Shown in pieces: positions 58,668 to 64,000 of a stretch of DNA of 64,000 nt. The translations under genes and the position numbers were made by a program. The notes under the pieces are model-generated. The model was not told the origin of the DNA. It ran no database searches and worked only from the letters and a program-made list of their open reading frames with translations. Positions within the stretch are counted from its first letter, which is position 1; each line of letters begins with the position of its first letter. The DNA is from Macrostomum lignano (taxonomy: Eukaryota): contig NIVC01001839.1 in NCBI GenBank assembly GCA_002269645.1, positions 215,595-279,594 of the forward strand, in the 5' to 3' direction.

Positions 58668-58979
58668 ATGGCCGGCTCCAAGAAGAAGTTCCCGAATGAA
58701 TTCATGGACGACGACGACGACAAGAAGGAGACGTCGGCGGGCTACGTGCCAAAGCAGTCGCTAGATCCCAAGATTTTTCTCAATGACGCCAGCAAGGACG
58801 TTGCGCCGGGTATCAACGACGACGATTACTGCGTGAACTGCTTTGCGTCACCCTTCAAGTCTTGCAAGTGCGGCAAGCCGCAGCCCGGGCCGAAGCGGAG
58901 CGCAAAAGACGCGGGAAAGTCCAAGTCGCCGAAGCCCGCAAAGGAAGGCAAGGACGGCAAATCGAAGGACGGGAAGTGA
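58668..58979 (+). CDS. Orphan 103-aa protein with acidic patch, Cys cluster (CxxCx7CxC) and Lys-rich tail
   Basis: GC-rich ORF in AT-rich surroundings, strongly C/G-ending codons (AAG, GAC, GGC), AAAATGG start context; no family recognised. Confidence 0.65.
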   Translation: MAGSKKKFPNEFMDDDDDKKETSAGYVPKQSLDPKIFLNDASKDVAPGINDDDYCVNCFASPFKSCKCGKPQPGPKRSAKDAGKSKSPKPAKEGKDGKSKDGK

Positions 58980-60811
58980 CGCCGCGAGCATTTTGCAGCC
59001 AGTGAATATCCTATAGCTAATGAGGAGCACTGCTTGTGAGTTGCCCTGCTGTCAGGCATTGAACATTCTGCTGTTCATTTCCATGCTTTTAAGTAATTAA
59101 CAACAACTCCTGTGGCATTGCACTAACTTCACAAATGCTTCTATCGCGGCCTGTTTTTGCCATCCAAATCTTCTGCTCTCCACAATCAGCGTCACTGGCT
59201 ACTTAAATGCTTAATTTTCTGTTAAAAGTCCAAAATAAATCGGACGCAAGAGGCGCTGCAGTGCCATTCAAACAAAATTAAAACTATTTGGCGCAATTTT
59301 TTGTTCAAACCGACAGCATATATTCACCAGATTTTTTGTTTCGCTAAAAAAGTCTTTATAAAAATCTTGTTATTTTGTCTTTCCGTGTGTCAGGCCATTG
59401 TTTACGCATTTTTCTAGCTAAAAACACCCGTATGTTTAGTTACAGTAAAGCTCTCAACTATTTTAGCTATTGTATTTGAAATCCAAAAAAGGAAAGTTGC
59501 CGTTTTAAGTCTTGCAGTACGTCGATATACATTTTTTGTATAGTACATGTAAACCCAAAAATGTTTTGTGCAGCTCAAAGTACATCAAAAGAACAATCTA
59601 ATTTTGAAGCTATTGAAGCCTCTATTCGCGAGACCGAGACCACAAGACGTAAGATTATAAGTTTCTAGTCGGCGACCTACAAATGATTAATAATTTTTAT
59701 CTCTCTCACCCATCCGCTGCTCATCATCTTTATTAAGACAAACACATTAAAGGATTGGATTTTGAATAGCCGATCCGATGATGCGGTAACTTAAAATATA
59801 TATTTAGTGGTTTCTTAACATATATGATATGAGTATATTAAAGCAAGCATTAAGCGTATTGGATAAGTCTGAGTCACTATCGTCTAACTAATGACTAATG
59901 CTATTTTAATGCTACTAATGATTTACTATTATATCCTAGCTTATACATAGTTAGCCTAGTTAGGTCCAAGATCCTTAAACATTATTCCCACCCACGTCAC
60001 CCCTTCAAAAGGTTTTAACCGCTGGGCAGTGCATGCGCCGGTCCCAGACGCGCAATTCTGGCCGATTCCCTCGGACCTTCCTGCTCGTGTGTCATCTGAA
60101 ATATCTTAGTATTTGATGTAGTTTAATCCCACCCCACATGACAAGACCTAAAAACCCTTTAAAGTGGAAACATACTTTTTTGGCGGCCTGAAATCGCTCT
60201 TTACAATGCCGTCATCAAGCACTTGTGGCTTTTTGTAAGAGCGCAGCCGTCCACAACTGCTACACTCCACCGCACTCTGATAGCACTGCAATTTCCTAAT
60301 TTCCTAACCTGACCTAACCTAAATTCTATTCTTAATAGTCCCTAAATATTATAGGATTAAATATGATTCTTGTAGAACTAAAACTGAAAGTAGCAAACCA
60401 AACCAAGTAGCAAACTATAAGCCAAGTAGCTAGCAAACTTCTTAAAAGCTGCAATCCTAAGTTGAAGCTTCAGTCGAAAAGCCAACCTATTTCTGAAGCA
60501 TAAACTTAATTGCGTCTTGAATTGTAAAAGAATGGAGCAGCTGCGCTTATAGTTAATGGACTAGCAATCTAGTGCCCCCTTTCGGGGCGCCCAGTAAGCA
60601 CGGAGCAAAAATTATTCATAGAAAAAATTAAAGGTCACATTTTTTTCAAAAACAAATTCCTTCTTCAGTTTTAAAAATCACTTTATTCAAGTAAAATTGT
60701 CACGGACAAAGATGTTTGCTATGAATCTCTTTTTTCTAAAATTAACAAAGACAAAAAAATAAGGCTTTCACAAAGATAACAGACATTCTCCCTAAATAGA
60801 AAACATCTCCA

Positions 60812-61215
60812 AGAAAGCAAGCATCCCCCCAGATAGCAAGTATCCCCCCCCCCAGATAGCAAGCATCCCCCCCCCAGATAGCAAGTATCCCCCCCCCCAG
60901 ATAGCAAGTATCCCCCCCAGATAGCAAGCATCCCCCCAGATAGCAAGTATCCCCCCAGATAGCAAGTATCCCCCAGATAGCAAGCATCCCCCCAGATAGC
61001 AAGCATCCCCCAGATAGCAAGCATCCCCCAGATAGCAAGCATCCCCCAGATAGCAAGCATCCCCCAGATAGCAAGCATCCCCCAGATAGCAAGCATCCCC
61101 CAGATAGCAAGTATCCCCCAGATAGCAAGCATCCACCCAGAGAGCAAGCATCCCCCCAGATACCAAGCATCCACCCAGATAGCAAGCATCCTGCAGATAG
61201 CAATCACCCCTAAAT
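60812..61215. repeat. 17-21 bp minisatellite (CCCCCAGATAGCAAGCAT)n, same family as 1..400
   Basis: About 20 copies with variable C-runs. Confidence 0.95.
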
Positions 61216-61303
61216 AGCAAGCATCCTGAATAGAAAGAATTCTAAACATGTAGATACACGTAGCTAGTACCCCTCTCTCCCAAATAGCCATTACCCCCCC
61301 CCC

Positions 61304-61305
<2 letters not shown>

Positions 61306-61388
<83 letters not shown>
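61306..61388. repeat. (GA)n microsatellite preceded by poly-C
   Basis: Pure GA tract of about 41 units. Confidence 0.97.
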
Positions 61389-61389
<1 letters not shown>

Positions 61390-61599
61390 AAGCACCCCCC
61401 CCCGATAGTAAGCACCCCCAAATACAATAGCAAGCATTCACCAGACAGCAAGTAGCTAGTGCAAATATTTTCTCCGCTAATGCAATAATGGCTTTTTCAG
61501 GTAGTGGAATAATCCATGTCTCAGCCAGTGCAATAATCCTCTTCTCATCTAGTGCAATAATACTTTACTCATCAAGTGCAAAAATCGATGTCTCAGCTA

Positions 61600-62210
61600 G
61601 TGCAATATTCCCTTTCTAAGCTAGTGCGATAATCCTTGGCTTATCAAGTGCAATAATCCTTGGCTTATCAAGTGCAATAATCTTTGGTTTATCAAGTGCA
61701 ATAATCCTTGGTTTATCAAGTGCAATAATCCTTGGTTTATCAAGTGCAATAATCCTTGGCTTATCAAGTGCAATAATCCTTGGCTTATCAAGTGCAGTAA
61801 TCCTTGGTTTATCAAGTGCAATATCCTTGGTTTATCAAGTGCAATAATCCTTGGTTTATCAAGTGCAATAATCCTTGGTTTATCAAGTGCAATAATCCTT
61901 GGTTTATCAAGTGCAATAATCCTTGGTTTATCAAGTGCAATAATCCTTGGTTTATCAAGTGAAATAATCCTTGGTTTATCAAGTGCAATAATCCTTGGTT
62001 TATCAAGTGCAATAATCCTTGGTTTATCAAGTGCAATAATCCTTGGTTTATCAAGTGCAATAATCCTTGGTTTATCAAGTGCAATAATCCTTGGTTTATC
62101 AAGTGCAATAATCCTTGGTTTATCAAGTGCAATAATCCTTGGCTTATCAAGTGCAATAATCCTTGGCTTATCAAGTGCAATAATCCTTGGTTTATCAAGT
62201 ACTTGGCTTA
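61600..62210. repeat. 24 bp minisatellite (TCAAGTGCAATAATCCTTGGTTTA)n
   Basis: About 24 copies with a degenerate 5' edge from about 61480. Confidence 0.95.
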
Positions 62211-62989
62211 TTAGTCCATAATAAAAACTTTCCAAACTTGCTGGACTAGTCACAGCATTTCAGCAATCCCCTCAGCCCAAAAACTTCAGCAATTCCCATA
62301 TCAGCAGCTTTTGGAATCTTAAAAATTCCTTCATGAGCCTGAAAATTTAGCGGATAACCCTTTGATATCTTGGCAATTCCACATGAGTCTCTTGGTTGAA
62401 CCCTAACCCTGCTTAGCCACAGCCTTTTCACAATCAGCCAACTGATGAACTTTGACATCTAATGATCTCTTTCTCAGCCCAAGAATTTCAGCATTCCTTT
62501 ATGAATCTTTGACACCTCAGCCACCCCCCCCCCCCCCTGAGATCTTAGACGCCTTAACATCTCAACAATCCCCCCAAGAGAAACAGCCCAAGCATTTCAG
62601 TGATCCCCGTGAGCTTTAACATCTCAGAAATTCTCCAAATGAGACATAATACTTCTTGTCTCAGCAACTCCTATATGAGCCGCAAAATTTCTGAAATCTC
62701 CCAGTATGCCTTGCAATCACAGCAATTCCCCATGACCCTTGAGTCACAGTATATTTCAGATACCTCCATGAGCCTTGAAATCTTAGCGATTGCCACATCA
62801 ATTTCACAAATGAACTTTAAAACCACAGCAATTCTCCCTAGAATCACGTCATCGCATCATCTCAGAAATTCTCCCATGAGTCTTGACATCAAAGCAATTT
62901 CCCCTACCAGCCTTGACAATTCTCAGTGAGTCATTTATGTTCGACAGGGCGCTTCTTTTATGGTTGGCTTGGTACTCGTAATTATCTTT

Positions 62990-63528
62990 AATAATGGTTC
63001 ACCAGCAGTTTAGCAATGGTTCACCAGCAGTTTAGCAATGCTTCACCAGCAGTTTAGCAATGGTTCACCAGCAGTTTAGCAATGCTTCACCAGCAGTTTA
63101 GCAATGGTTCACCAGCAGTTTAGCAATGCTTCACCAGCAGTTTAGCAATGCTTCACCAGCAGTTTAGCAATGGTTCACCAGCAGTTTAGCAATGGTTCAC
63201 CAGCAGTTTAGCAATGCTTCACCAGCAGTTTAGCAATGGTTCACCAGCAGTTTAGCAATGCTTCACCAGCAGTTTAGCAATGGTTCACCAGCAGTTTAGC
63301 AATGCTTCACCAGCAGTTTAGCAATGCTTCACCAGCAGTTTAGCAATGGTTCACCAGCAGTTTAGCAATGCTTCACCAGCAGTTTAGCAATGGTTCACCA
63401 GCAGTTTAGCAATGCTTCACCAGCAGTTTAGCAATGCTTCACCAGCAGTTTAGCAATGGTTCACCAGCAGTTTAGCAATGGTTCACCAGCAGTTTAGCAA
63501 TGGTTCACCAGCAGTTTGGCAATGGTTC
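62990..63528. repeat. 22 bp minisatellite (CACCAGCAGTTTAGCAATGSTT)n
   Basis: About 24 near-identical copies in two variants (GGTT/GCTT). Confidence 0.96.
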
Positions 63529-64000
63529 CAGATTATTCCATATTCCAGATTAGCAGTGCTCTCCCCGATTTAGCTCTGCTAAGCTTTAAATTAGCACTTA
63601 CAGCAGATTAGCACTGCTATAGAAGATTAACCCAGCCCCAGCAAAAGTATTTTTAAATTTTAAAGTAAAAAAGGCATGATTCAGTATATAAGAAAATCAT
63701 TATTGTCACAGGCCACAGAGATAAATTCTTTGCTTCAATGCAGACTCGAACTTCTGCTAAGCCTATACCTGTTAGCTTGTACTGCCTGCCTACGATGCGG
63801 CCATTGTGCCGAATGACAGATGGTCGAAATAAACCTATACTATTCAAGAAGTTTAGTATATCAAGAAGTTTAGTAACTTTTGTTTTATACAGTTTAAAGT
63901 TCCACAATGACCTCAAATTATCCCTTTTAATCTCGCAAAGCAGATAGCAGGCATGCTTTTTAGCAGCCTTCAGTTATCTTGTTTGCAGTCTACAACTTTC

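Noticed and set aside
60572-60595. GC hairpin next to CTAG/CCAG as a Helitron 3' end
   Set aside because: Neither orientation gives a clean hairpin-CTRR|T, and no 5' TC end was found.
52934-62253. Cys-rich ORFs at 52934-53771 and repetitive ORFs at 60719-62253
   Set aside because: All overlapping frames are open over tandem repeats; no unique coding sequence.

Overview
Eukaryotic, intron-containing animal DNA. Gene style (GC-rich poly-Q/Ala exons, minisatellite-filled introns, splice acceptors just upstream of start codons) suggests a flatworm such as Macrostomum, but this is inference only. I reconstructed six genes by hand with frame-consistent GT-AG junctions: Vang/Strabismus (+, 4 coding exons, 637 aa), UTP20 (+, 15 exons, 2949 aa), a P2X-family channel with a single coding exon (-), an SH2 protein with only a vestige of a tyrosine-kinase domain (-, 2 exons, 359 aa), an otopetrin proton channel (+, 7 coding exons, 723 aa) and a 103-aa orphan (+). 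Intergenic DNA holds a short non-autonomous LTR element (147-bp LTRs, PBS, PPT, 4-bp TSD), several TIR/MITE elements, tRNA-derived SINEs, CpG-depleted AT-rich domains and many 17-40 bp minisatellites. Main findings: (1) the P2X subunit keeps the ATP-contacting residues of one subunit face and has lost those of the other face; (2) every long Vang or UTP20 intron carries its own private minisatellite, several built from splice-site-like units; (3) the Src-like SH2 protein has lost its kinase.
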